From: Octopus bimaculoides | Lineage: Eukaryota | DNA length: 63,909 bases | Direction: 5' to 3' | Assembly (NCBI RefSeq): GCF_001194135.2 | Contig: NC_068993.1 | Coordinates: 38,303,357 to 38,367,265 of the forward strand | Shown here: one piece after another, positions 12,895-25,810 of the stretch | How positions within the stretch are numbered: position 1 is the first letter of the stretch | How the letters are laid out: every line of letters starts with the position of its first letter | Notes under the pieces: generated by a model | What the model was told of the DNA's origin: nothing | The model's input: only the letters and a program-made list of their open reading frames with translations | Database searches by the model: none | Program-made: the position numbers and the translations under genes

Positions 12895-13801
12895 GCATAC
12901 ACATATATACATAAATATATATATGAATACATGCTTACAAGCACAGTCATATTTATAGACACACACACACATGCTTATATATATACACACACACNNNNNN
13001 NNNNATATACATAAATATATATATGAATACATGCTTACAAGCACAGTCATATTTATAGACACACACACACATGCTTATATATATACACACACACACAAGC
13101 ATATATATACATAAATATATACATGAATACATGCATACATGCACAGTCATATTTATAGACGTACACTTACATGCTTACACACACACATGCACACATATAT
13201 ATATATCTATATCAATACCAGTGTGTATCACACAGGAGACAGGCTGCTAGGTATAAAGGAACCAAAATTTGATGGTTCTAGCAGATGGCATTGGGACCAG
13301 TTGTCATCGAGTCAGAATATTTTTGAGGGGGTTTGAAAATATCTGTGTATACATATATGTGTATGTATGCAATTATGTTGTGTGTATGGATATATATGTA
13401 TGTGTATAAGAGTTGGGGATTAATCTAAATTCTGTAACTGTTTTCATGGTGTAATATAGTATTATATTGTAACAATATTTCTCGAAGTTAATCTTGTGAT
13501 TAAGAAGCAAGGCTGAAGAATTCAAAGACTCCACATCAGCCAAATAATAATGTAAAGTGTTTAAACTGTTAAGGAAGCACAGGGGTGGCTGTGTTGTTAT
13601 GAAGTTGGGTTCCTAAATACACTGTTTCTAATCTGTTCTGAGAATGGATCCTTGTGCAAATGTCTTCTACTATAGCCCTGGGGTGAACAGTGTTTCATAT
13701 GGGAAATTTAGTAAAATGTAACTGCAGGTAGCACTTCATTCATTGTATATGTTTATGTGTGTGTATGTGGGTGTGTGTTCATGTGTGTGTGTATGTGTAT
13801 G

Positions 13802-13849
<48 letters not shown>

Positions 13850-14849
13850 AAATACAATGAAAGCTGGAGGACATTACATTTTCAAATTATAATCTGTAAT
13901 CCGTAATCTGGATTTACAAATATATATGTATAAATAATACAAAATGGGACAAGAATGCAAAACATCCAGACAGTTAGGTGATACAAGGAAGGGNNNNNNN
14001 NNNNNNNNNNNNNNNNNNNNNNNNNNNNNNNNNNNNNNNNNNNNNNNNNNNNNNNNNNNNNNNNNNNNNNNNNNNNNNNNNNNNNNNNNNNNNNNNNNNN
14101 NNNNNNNNNNNNNNNNNNNNNNNNNNNNNNNNNNNNNNNNNNNNNNNNNNNNNNNNNNNNNNNNNNNNNNNNNNNNNNNNNNNNNNNNNNNNNNNNNNNN
14201 NNNNNNNNNNNNNNNNNNNNNNNNNNNNNNNNNNNNNNNNNNNNNNNNNNNNNNNNNNNNNNNNNNNNNNNNNNNNNNNNNNNNNNNNNNNNNNNNNNNN
14301 NNNNNNNNNNNNNNNNNNNNNNNNNNNNNNNNNNNNNNNNNNNNNNNNNNNNNNNNNNNNNNNNNNNNNNNNNNNNNNNNNNNNNNNNNNNNNNNNNNNN
14401 NNNNNNNNNNNNNNNNNNNNNNNNNNNNNNNNNNNNNNNNNNNNNNNNNNNNNNNNNNNNNNNNNNNNNNNNNNNNNNNNNNNNNNNNNNNNNNNNTATA
14501 TATATTAATGTTGTGGAAGGATTCCAGCCATCCTGCCAAGTGATTAAAGTTGGACTGATTTATCATTACAAAATAAAGAACTGTGAATGATTGGCAGTTT
14601 GTGTTGGTAGCAGTTCACTGTGAGCCTTTGATATAGAGCATTGAGTCTTGTGTAATAGTAATAGTAGGACATCGTGTATAGACTTTCTTCCCCCTGCTTT
14701 GTTATATTATATATCCAATACTAGGATATATAAAAGTGGTGATGAGTTGTTCGAAGCTTGAGTTGGATGTTTAAAAAATTTTTGTTTCTTGGTAGGAAAT
14801 CAAAGAAAGAAATCATTTAACATGGAGAACTTATAGGCCTCCATGGTGC

Positions 14850-15130
14850 GGATGTAAGAGCAACAGTGGCAACAACAACAGCAACTACAGCAACAGCAGT
14901 TATAACAGCAATTGCAGCAGCAGCAGCTACAACAGCGACAACAGCAACAATAACAAAACCAACAGTTGCTGGAATTAATGTTGGAGGAGTCTGAAAATAT
15001 TTCATACTTGCCAGACAGTGTAGCAAATTCAATTGAAGAATTCAGCTATAATCCAGAAGAAGGGATTATCTCTTCTGCATATTTTCAAAGATATGAAGAA
15101 ATCTTCAAAGAAGAATGTAAAAATTGTGTT
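14850..15130 (+). mobile_element. Ty3/gypsy-type LTR retrotransposon gag N-terminal fragment (degenerate, poly-Q leader)
   Basis: Poly-Q with 2 in-frame stops, then LLELMLEESENISYLPDSVANSIEEFSYNPEEGIISSAYFQRYEEIFKEECKN, resembling the 'SISEFxYxPExGxTFxAYFxRYEDIF' gag motif (recognised from memory). Confidence 0.6.
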
Positions 15131-16118
15131 TTTAACGTGGCACCAGAACAAACTTAATGCGGAACCAGCACAGCAACAAGCTTCTTTCAGTTTCCTGGTT
15201 GGCCTTAGGCTATAGTAGAAGATTCTGATCTGGGGTTTAAACAATAATAATAATGACAACAATATTTCTAACCTCAAGTCATCCCCTTAAAATTGCTGGT
15301 TTTAAGCCTAAACCTGGAAACATTTTAATAGCAGTGGTACCTAAACAGTAGCAAGCCATGTGATTCCACATGATATAGGAAAATCATATGAACCTTGAGC
15401 CCAAAGGGCCTCTATATGGTCAGTCAAACTGCTAGAAATAACAGTTCAAATCTCCTGAAATCACAAGTGATTGTTTTAACAAACAAACAAATTGGGGAAT
15501 GAGATGCATTTAATAATGTAGTTTTAAGTAATGCTAAAAGGGTGTGTTGGTCAAAGCTGGAATGCTTTTGGTCATAGATCATCTCTTTGATCAAGAGTAA
15601 CCTCGGGCTAAACAACAACAAAGAGAACAAGAATAACAACAATGTACTTTATAATAATTGTTTCCAAAACATTTAAAAATTTGCTGGTTTTTATTTTCTT
15701 GTGAAAAAAGGAGGAAAGTGATTGTAAAAGGCCACTTTGCAAACTCAACAATCTTCGTTTACTTGAAGACATTAAAAACCTTGTCATCAAAGAATTTGCT
15801 AGAAAAACACTTCAAAACGGTGATTCAAGGCAACATGTTAATTTTACTGGGTACAAAGATTTTGGCTGGTTACAAATAAATAAACAAATAAATAAAATAA
15901 AATAAAATAAAATGATAATAAAAATGAAATTTGACAGAAGCTCCAAAAAAACCAAACCAAAAGAAAAAAGAAATAAAAAATTTAGACTCAAACATTATCC
16001 ATAATTTCCAATGTGTTGTTGTCGATGTTGGTGTTGTTGATGCTGCTGTTGGTGTTGTTGTTGTTGTTGTTGAACTCCAGGTGAACCCTGATAGACCAGA
16101 TCTCTTATCAAAGATGGT

Positions 16119-16346
16119 TTAACACCTTGGTATTCAAACCAGCCATATCCAGCGCAAATTTTCTGCTTGTTGTATGTTCCAACTGGCCAGATCAGGCCCC
16201 CTTACACCTACCCTACAATGTCATCCTTAAAATGAACAATCACATCGTTGAAATCTCAAAGCTATGAGATAATGTATGATTAATTTAAAATAATTTGAAC
16301 AAATAAGCATTATGTCTGACAGAGTAATCTGAGTGTTAAAGGGTCA
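16119..16346. mobile_element. Degenerate piggyBac-like MITE
   Basis: Begins TTAACACCTT and ends GTGTTAAAGGGTCA, consistent with decayed TTAA-CCCTTT..AAAGGG-TTAA termini. Confidence 0.5.
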
Positions 16347-16774
16347 GACCTAACCACCCTGTATTTTAAAGGGTATGCAGAAATAGCTTAGTTCTAGGCA
16401 AGGCACTGAATTGTAGCCGGTGATGATGCTCCAGTTTGGGCATTCAGGATTTATGGGGGGGGGGACAGTGTGGAGTCACTCCACTCTTTAGTCACTACTA
16501 CTACTACTACTACTATTACTACTACTACTACTACTACTACTATCAGATTCACTGTGGCTTGAGTAGGTGGTGCTTGCTAAAGGCCCCAATTAAGGGTCAC
16601 ATAGCAGAAGTTAGTTCTGTAGCTAAAGTAGTGGTTCTCAACTGGGGTCCACATAACCCTTAATGGTCCACACAACTCTTAGGGGCTCCACCTGACCCTT
16701 GGAGGCCCATGTAAGATATTATTAAAATTTATGTGCAATATTTTGGTTATATTTCAGCAATTCTTTTGTTCTAT

Positions 16775-17004
16775 TCTTTTTCTTGTTTCAGTCATTCGAC
16801 TGTGACCATGCTGGGGCACCACCTTAAAGGGTTTTAGTCAAAGAAATTGACTCCAGGACTTATTCTTTGTAAGCCTAGTACTTATTCTGTCGGTCTCCGG
16901 TCTCTTTTGCTAGACTGCTATGTTACAGGGATGTAAACACACCAACATCAGTGTCAATGCTGTGGGGACAAACACAGACACACACACATAAATACATACA
17001 TACA

Positions 17005-17037
<33 letters not shown>

Positions 17038-17525
17038 CCATACAAACATACATACATACATGCATACACACATATATGTGTATATATATATATATTGGGT
17101 TGTCCGGAAAGTTCATGCAGATCTTTAAAGGAAAGAAAAAGGTCAATAAATACTTGCCATTACATTTTTAATCAAACAAATATGAACCATTTTGTTGCAC
17201 AATGCATCTCCATCTTTCCTTTTACTTGAAAATACCCTCTTCCCAGAATTGAGGTGGTTTCATAGCAAATAAATCGAAAGGTAAGCTACTATAAATCGGC
17301 ATGAACTTTCTGGACAACCCAATATATATATAGTTATATATGTTTTATATATATATATATATATATATACATGCATATACGATAGACTTCTTGCAGCTTC
17401 TGTCTATGAAACCCACTCACAAGGCTTTGGTCGGCTCAAGGCTATATTCGAAGACACTTGCTCAAGGTGCCATGCAGTGGGACTGAACCCATAACCTTAT
17501 GGTTAGGAAGCAAACTTCTTACCAA
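16775..17525 (-). mobile_element. Composite SINE family A with a mariner MITE inserted in its internal microsatellite
   Basis: Family A 3' block at 16775-16975 and head block at 17380-17525 flank the MITE. Confidence 0.8.
17095..17322. mobile_element. 228-bp Tc1/mariner-type MITE
   Basis: 24-bp TIRs TTGGGTTGTCCGGAAAGTTCATGC (17095-17118) / GCATGAACTTTCTGGACAACCCAA (17299-17322), 1 mismatch, TA on both sides. Confidence 0.9.
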
Positions 17526-19658
17526 ACAACCTCAATAACACAAAATATTTTAACAATTTTTCTATACAATTCCTAATATTTAATTATGGAAATATAATAG
17601 GAATTTTTAAACATCAAATGGTTAGGAGGATCCACTCTAGTGAAACAAAAATCAAGGGGTTCTATAGGAAAATATTGGTTAGGAATTACTGAGCAAAAGC
17701 ATGTAAGACTCAGAGGAGTGCTGGCCACTAGACATGTGTCACAAAGGCCTAGTGCTGTGTGGACATGCTCTTATGCCATGTGTACCAGTCAAGGTTTAAA
17801 TAGACCCTGTGTCTCAAGGGTTAGCTCTAGAAAGCAGAGGGCTAGCAGAATACATATGGGACACACTGCTGGATCATTGTGGTAGAATGAATTCATACAA
17901 AAAGTAGAAAAATAAGAGAAAATTAAAATCTTGCTTGGAAATTTATTGTAATTTCATAATAAAACTTAATATTATAACCTCTCTTGCAAAATGGTGAGTT
18001 AGCAGAATTGTTAGCATGCAGGGCAAAATGCTTAGTGGCATTTTGTCTGTCTTTACAGTCTGAGTTCAAATTCCACTGGGGTCAACTTTGCCTTACATCC
18101 TTTCGAGGTTGATAAAATAAGAACCACTCAAGCACAGGGGTCGATGTAACTGATTTAGCCTCTCTCCCAAAGTTGCTGGCTTTGTACCAAAATTTGATGC
18201 CAATATTTTGTCCAACTTTCTTGCCTGTCACATCCTAATCCCTCTTCTACAATTACCCTCTCTCTTCTAAGAGAAATTGCTATTAATTAAAAAAAAAAAT
18301 TTTTTTTTTTAAATAACATGGTTGTCGTCATCATCACCATTGTTTTATTGTATCCTTTTCCATGCTTAACTAGGTCTGTCAGATTGTCTACAGGCACAAG
18401 CTCTCCCTATTCCCAACCCTTACAAGTTTTAAAGCTGAGTAACATTTCCTCCTGGATAAACATGTTTTCACAGAAGATTGGTAACAAAAGACACCATTTA
18501 CATGGTTGTGACATTTCTTATCTTTTATATTTTACTTGTTTCAACAACATCAACAGAGCATTTTTGTACATACATATATATATGTGCAGCCTTGTATGTT
18601 TTGTTTTAATGTATGTATTCAAATGCATATACTTGCATATCTAGACATACTCATATATACTTAAATGATAAACTTCTGGAAAGTTTTACAGATTTTTACA
18701 GTTCCAGTGATGGATTATATAGTTATTATTGTATGTATGTATGTATGTATGTATGTATGTATGTATGTATACAATGAGTTTTCAGTTTCTGCCTAACACT
18801 AACAAAGTTTTGGTTGGCCCAGGGCTATAGCAGAAGACACTTGTCCGAGGTACCAGGAAGTGAGACTGAGCCCTCAAAACCATCTGGCTTGGAAACTGGC
18901 ATAGATTGGTGACAGGAAGGACATCTAGCCAAGCCCCAAAAGATCTACTTCAACAAATTCAGTCTAACCCTTGCAAACATGTAAATGTGAAAGTTAAAAC
19001 GATGATGATGATGATGACAACGCCCTTTTATCTTTATTACACTTTTCTTTTTAATTAAACTTAATCTAGAAATCCTGTTATTTTTTCTATAAAATCTGTA
19101 TTTTTGATGAATATTTTGGAGAAGAACTTGTAAACATCAGTTCATATCATTTGAACAGAATCTGTTATATTTCAAACTATATCAATGATGCTGATTATTA
19201 TTATTACTACCACCATTATTATTATTATTATTATTATTGTCATTATCAACACTATGGATCAATGATATTTGGTTGTTTTCATTACCAAATATCAGTATTA
19301 TTAACATCTAGATGTAATGTTGTCTTAAGGAACTATCATCAAAATCACCATTTTCAAATATCACAGGGTGGATTCAGTGAACAGTGACGTTAACGCCTAC
19401 TTATTGCTCCATTTTCATGTTGAAAATCATGAGAAGAAATCCTGGAAAGTTTTCAGAACATATTACCCAAAATATGGCATCTGTATTTTGGGGGAAAAAA
19501 TAGGGATATATTCTTCTTCAGAAGTGGTGCTGTTTACACGACTTGTGATATCATAAATATGATATTCCTGAATTTGACAAAATAACTCATTTTATTCAAT
19601 ATTATATTCACAACTATTCCATTATCATCTGATATATTGTACTAAAGGTACAGTCACA

Positions 19659-19713
<55 letters not shown>

Positions 19714-20139
19714 TCAAGTATATAAATACACCCACTCATATATCCATTTACTTCAGGGTCAACTTGATATGCCATATATACTTAGACATATGCTTATAAT
19801 GAATGGAAGGGGCTTGCTTTGAATGTATGTATGTGTGTGTGTGTGTGCATGAGCGTGTGTATGTGTGTGTGTGCGTGTACATACATACATATATATATAT
19901 AACTGTATATCTTTCTATCTATATCTATATATATACATGAATGTATATTTATACATGCATCTGACATACACACATACTCACACACATGTATGCACGCACA
20001 CACATATATATATAGAAATAAATACCTTCACGCACACATACATGCACACACATATGCATACATACATAATACATATATATATATAAATACATACGTACAC
20101 ACACACACATACATACATACATACATACTGGACACTATT

Positions 20140-20308
20140 CAATTTTTTTTCTCCGTGTTTTTCTCCTTGTCTCCGTATTCTTTCTGTTGAAGAGCGTAGC
20201 TCAAAACGTCAAAGACTTTCCGTATTCCCGAGCGTCATACTAATACATCCTTTTGTTATTTACACCACCTGTCCTCGTCTGTTGTTGTTTTTTCGTATAT
20301 TCTCCTAC
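20140..20308 (+). mobile_element. Short Penelope-like element end carrying a hammerhead-like motif (20179-20215)
   Basis: TCTTT-CTGTTGA-A-GAGCGTAGCTC-AAAA-C-GTC-AAAGA; homologous to the inverted copy at 62684-62850. Confidence 0.65.
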
Positions 20309-20891
20309 ATATATGCATACATACATGTACGTACGTATGCATGTATAAGTCATTATTATACTTTTCTACTCTAAACACAAAACCTGAAATTTTGTTGGGG
20401 GGGGGGCAGTCAATTAGATTGACCTTAATTCACAACTGGTACCTAATTTATCGACCCTCGAAAGGATGAAATGCAAAGTTGATCTCGGCACAATTTGAAC
20501 TCAAAACATAAAGACGAAATACCGCTAAGTATTTCCCTCCGGCGTGCTAACGATTCCGCCAGCTCGCCGCCTTATGTGTCGTAGATATCACACTACAAGC
20601 AACAACAATGATACAGAATATTTAGGCATGTTGATAGGACTACTTAACAGCAAAGCGTTTGCTCCTGATGATTTTAGGTTTCTTACATTACAACCAAGGT
20701 AGATCAAAATTGCATTAGACGGACTATATCCTCCACCAAGTGATATAGGGTAGCAAAAAGAGAGCTGGGATTAGAAAAGGGGACAGAATAGAATATTTAT
20801 AATGTTAGCAAAAGGAATATTAGCAATGAAATATATGAACCAAATACCTAATATATATAAAGTATACCACGTATCAAATTTTACCATATAT

Positions 20892-20975
<84 letters not shown>

Positions 20976-21819
20976 TTATTTATTTATTTATTTATTTGAG
21001 TGGGTGTGCTCCTGTGTATGTTCATGTATATATGCAAGCAAATATATGTGTGTGTGTGTGTATTCACATTTATATGTGCATGTCTATGTACATATACATA
21101 TATATATATATTTATGTATGAATGAATTTTAATGTATACGTAGTTATATATGCATATACATATGTATATATGTTTACATAGTATATACATTTATAGTATA
21201 TACATTTATATATCTGTATGTATGCATACAGATGTATGTGTATGTATACTGAGATTACAGTTCTATATGTGCATATGTAATGAGCCATACTCACAGAATC
21301 ATATTTACATGCATACATACATATATACATACATACATATAAATACATATGTATATATATGTATCTATACAAACAAGAATATAATACTATCATACACACA
21401 TGCAAACACACAGATATATAAGCAGCAGATTTTCAAAAAGGTTTTTTTTCAAATTCTGGTATGTAAGTAAAAGAAAAAAAGCAGAAAAACAAGAGAGTCA
21501 TGCCCATCCCTACCAAAAAGAAGAACAAACAAACAAAAAATAACCATATATATATGCACACCCAAAAAAAAAGCAAAAAACATATGTATAACACTCAATG
21601 CTGTTTTGCTGAGATTTTCTTATCAGGGACAACTTGACATTTAAAAACCTGAGAATGGGTCCCAAAAGGTTTTTTACAATCTGACCAAATATTTCACATG
21701 AATTTTTAAAATGCATCTAGCTGCAGTTCTTTCTTGCATCTGAGAACAGCCATCTGCAAAAGCTGCAATGTAAACAGGTGCAGCATCGGCCAATTCTCAA
21801 AGTACCAACTAGATATACT

Positions 21820-22140
21820 ATAGTATGGCACTTTGTCGGTTAGATGAAGAAATGTCCCAGTTGATTTGATCAAAGGAACAGCCTGCGCATGAAATTAATG
21901 TGCAAATGGCTTAGCACTCCAAAGACACGTGAAGCCTTAACATCGTTCTCAGGGAAATTCAGTATGACATAGGATGTGACAAAGCTGGCCCTTTGAATTA
22001 CAGGTACAATTTATTTTTTACTAGCTGAGTGGACTGGAGCAGCAAGAAATTAAGTGTCTTGTTCAAGGATGCAACATGCTGCTGGGAAATGAACTCATGA
22101 CATTACACTCATCAGCTGAATACCCAACCACCAGGCCACG
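21820..22140 (-). mobile_element. tRNA-derived SINE (degenerate, family C related)
   Basis: Shares GGAACAGCCTG..ATGAAATTAA and GCTGGCCCTTTGAA blocks with 1310-1716. Confidence 0.7.
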
Positions 22141-22277
22141 TACCTCTGCAGAGATGCTACTTGTTTAGAGAAAAATATAGATATTTTTACCCCCTGCACA
22201 AATAGAAAAATGATGTAAATGATGAAGAATAATCAACAATGATGAGGGGGCTTTATCATGGTCCTAACAGTGATGGG

Positions 22278-22339
<62 letters not shown>

Positions 22340-22342
<3 letters not shown>

Positions 22343-22780
22343 ACATAAACAGATATATGGAGATACGACTCCATTCAAAGCTTGGCCACTTTCTGTTTCA
22401 TGTTTGATGTATTTTTTCTGTTCACATGAATGTAAGTGACTTTTAAGTTCTAAGAGCTGTTGGAAATTTGCATTGCAACTGGTGCAAATTTGTCTCACCT
22501 TAAGTGACACAGGTTTGCTTGACTTGCCTGATTTATGGATATTTAAATGCCTCTTTAGATCAGCATGGTACTTACATGTCTTACAACAAATATGGTATAT
22601 GAGCATGTCTGCTGTAACTGTTTAGATATACAAGTCTTGCCACACACTGTGACAAAGAATGATTTAGTGCATCTTTATTAACAGTTACAATTGTTTCAGT
22701 ACCACTCTGTAACATCATTGCACATAAATGACTTCATATATGCGAGAGCATGTCTACTGAAGAAGAAATATATATTTCTT
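22340..22780 (-). pseudogene. Decayed C2H2/C2HC zinc-finger coding segment
   Basis: ORF 22606-22256(-) contains YHICCKTCKYHADLKRHLNIH and CTSCNANFQQLLELKSHLHSC (C-x2-C-x12-H-x3-C); an upstream frameshifted finger reads C-TV-CGKT..RHAHI; in-frame stop at 22622-22624. Confidence 0.6.
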
Positions 22781-23256
22781 CTTAATGTTCTTTTTGTATG
22801 TGCTTATGTACTGGAAATATTTCCTTAGTTCATTTTGAATTTAACTAATTTTGAATCACCTTGAAAATGTTGTGTTAACATGTATTTCGATAATATTAAT
22901 TTCAATGATGTTTTCTTTATCTAAACATGTTAATACAATAGAAACAATTGCTGGCTGTGTATGGTGAAATTCTATGATTAAAGATGTGATTTTCTCTATC
23001 AGTATATTTGTAGTCAAATACTCTGAATTTCTCACAATTCTTCTAAATGGTATTTGGATCTACTTGTCATACATGAAGAATTACCTTGGATTCTACTTGC
23101 ATTTATTGGAGTCTGATTGTTGGATACGGTTAACCAAATTTATTCAAAACTTAGTGCTTTATTTTTTTAATCTGCCTGGATTTTTTAAACCCCCCTTTTT
23201 CTTATACATACATACATATATATCTATATACACAAATATATATCATCATCATCATC

Positions 23257-23291
<35 letters not shown>

Positions 23292-23838
23292 GTTATTTTC
23301 ATATACACATGCTTTCGAACAAACCATACATAATGATTAACATATAAACATATACAGTATAAAACCAAAACCAGACACTGACCTACAGAAAGATACACAC
23401 ACACACGCACATACATACACACATGCACGCACATACATACACACACATGCCAAATGTAAATATATGCTGGCTAATGACTATCTTGAATTGTATGTTCTCA
23501 TTAGTGGGACCACAGACCTCACTCAAAACATTTGATTACAAAAACACTGCCAATATGGTTAGATCGTTATTGCATTAATTAGAAACCCTTATGTTTTGAC
23601 AAGGAACAATCCAAGGTTATATAGGTATGTATGTATGTATATTATGTTTTATATATATACCTATATATCCATATATACATGTTTACTAAATTTTTTGAAA
23701 ATATTTTTGATACAGTCACAATATTAAAGAAATTTAAAATATATTTCAAGTATATACATTCATACATAGAAACATACATACATGCATACATACATACATA
23801 TATATATATATACCAACATATATATATGTGTGTGTGTG

Positions 23839-23876
<38 letters not shown>

Positions 23877-24270
23877 CACATACATATATACATACATACA
23901 AACATTGACGGCTACAAACTCATGTTCAAGTATTGCCATCACCTGACCCAAAGTCCCACACATGCAAAAGCTACAGCCAGCCATTTTTGTGATAAGTCTT
24001 ACTTTTTATTTTTCACATGATGCCCTATGCATGATGATTTTTTTACAATGGGGAAAGGATTTGCACAAATGCAATCCCACTCTCTGAACATCGACAACAT
24101 AAACTCATAAAGAAGGACTAGTCTACATCATTGAATATTGTCAGATTTGCAGGTTTTCTCTCAGAGTTTCCCTATCCTTGAGAGATGTGACAACAACAGC
24201 ATGGCCTCCCACTCCTAGTGGGCCATCCGTGCACCTGGACACCAGCCTAGGTAATTCCACATATTGTCAG

Positions 24271-24337
24271 GTCACCTCTCTGTAAAGAGTCATCTCTCTG
24301 TAAAGAGTCACCTCTCTGTAAAGAGTCACCTCTCTGT
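24271..24337. repeat. 18-bp tandem repeat GTCACCTCTCTGTAAAGA x3.7
   Basis: Units start at 24271, 24289, 24307 and 24325; one substitution. Confidence 0.95.
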
Positions 24338-24432
24338 GTAGAAATACTATACACTTTTATATACGAAAATATGTTGTCTATTGACTCTTATTATGCATGC
24401 TAACCACCGGTATAAAAAATTTTTTTAACTTT

Positions 24433-24546
<114 letters not shown>

Positions 24547-24654
24547 GACACTCAAATACACACACAAACACACACATACACACACACACATACATATATA
24601 TATGAGAAATCCGTAGCATCTTGGTGAATATTAATAATAATATCGTATCTAAGT

Positions 24655-24910
24655 GAAGGTGCATGGCCTAGTGGTTCGGGTATATTACCCATGATAACTA
24701 GATCATGTGTTTGATTCCTTGCCTGGGCAGAGCGTTTTGTTCTTTATTAAAACACTTCATTTCATGTTGTTCCAGTTCAGTCAGCTGTAAAAGTCTTCTG
24801 CTCAGGGTTAGCGTTAACCTGTTTGCTTACCCAGTGGGGTGGCATCATTCCAAAGCTAAAACAATGCAAAGCGCATTGTGACCAGTGATGTATAATGTCT
24901 GCTAGTCTGG
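24655..24910 (+). mobile_element. tRNA-derived SINE (degenerate)
   Basis: GCATGGCCTAGTGGTT A-box-like, TTTGATTCC B-box-like, AAAACACTTCATTTCATGTTG block. Confidence 0.7.
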
Positions 24911-24949
24911 TCAACACCTCGATACTGTGATATATATATATACATGCAT

Positions 24950-24986
<37 letters not shown>

Positions 24987-25187
24987 ATTAACATTATGGG
25001 TTAATTAATTTTATATACTATCCTAAATGAATTTAATTTTATAGAAATAGGCTTATACAGAGATGATGGACTATCCATGGCATACAACCACTTCTTCAGA
25101 CAAGTTCTCATCAAATGATTTAATCTAAAGCATAAGTGTATTGAATTCTCGCTATTGGCCACACATACACACACACACATATAGATA

Positions 25188-25220
<33 letters not shown>

Positions 25221-25384
25221 TTATTCACAGACATACAGATGCACTCAAACACACACACATACACAGATGCACACACAGACATACATGTGAATATGTAAGT
25301 GCAAAATACAGTGGACAAAATAGTATTCAAACAGCAGTGGTTGAGTAAAATACAATTTCATTGAACCTGAAAACGTCTCACAAG

Positions 25385-25422
25385 CTATTACTCAGAGTTT
25401 CATGTAACGATTCATCAGATAA
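25385..25422 (-). ncRNA. Type I hammerhead ribozyme motif, canonical core
   Basis: Reverse complement: TTAT-CTGATGA-ATCGTTACAT-GAAA-CTCTGAGT-A-ATAG; stem I 4 bp (one G-U), weak stem II, palindromic stem III. Confidence 0.6.
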
Positions 25423-25712
25423 AAAACCACCATATAACAATACATATACACACATGCATTCACATGCATGCACACACATATATGTATACATATATATATA
25501 TATATATATATACACATATGCATATATATGAATATATATATGTATCTACAAATACACACACACACACTCACATATGTATATATATATATATATACACACA
25601 CATGCATGTGTACACATATACATGTACATGTGTGTGTATATATGAGTAATCATCATTATTTTGCATCCATTTTTCACGTTGGTATGGTTTGGATTCATCT
25701 GAGCATTCAAGA

Positions 25713-25750
25713 CTGTCTGAGGAATAGTCACATGAAACTCTGAGTAACAA
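25713..25750 (+). ncRNA. Type I hammerhead ribozyme motif, same family in opposite orientation
   Basis: CTGT-CTGAGGA-ATAGTCACAT-GAAA-CTCTGAGT-A-ACAA; stem I 3 bp. Confidence 0.55.
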
Positions 25751-25810
25751 CAGTTGTTGAAATCCCTTCAGCTTCATTTGAAATAATGCATATTTGTGTG
25801 TGCGTATTTA

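Noticed and set aside
12890-13140. Tandem duplication around the 10-N gap at 12995-13004
   Set aside because: Probably an assembly overlap; cannot be separated from a real tandem without reads.
19340-19590. Unique sequence with a short ORF and splice-like sites
   Set aside because: No consistent open frame between plausible acceptor and donor, and no recognisable motif.
21690-21800. Minus-strand peptide ELADAAPVYIAAF resembling histone H2A APVYLAA
   Set aside because: Only 6-7 residues match, the flanks do not resemble H2A, and the frame is short and stop-bounded.
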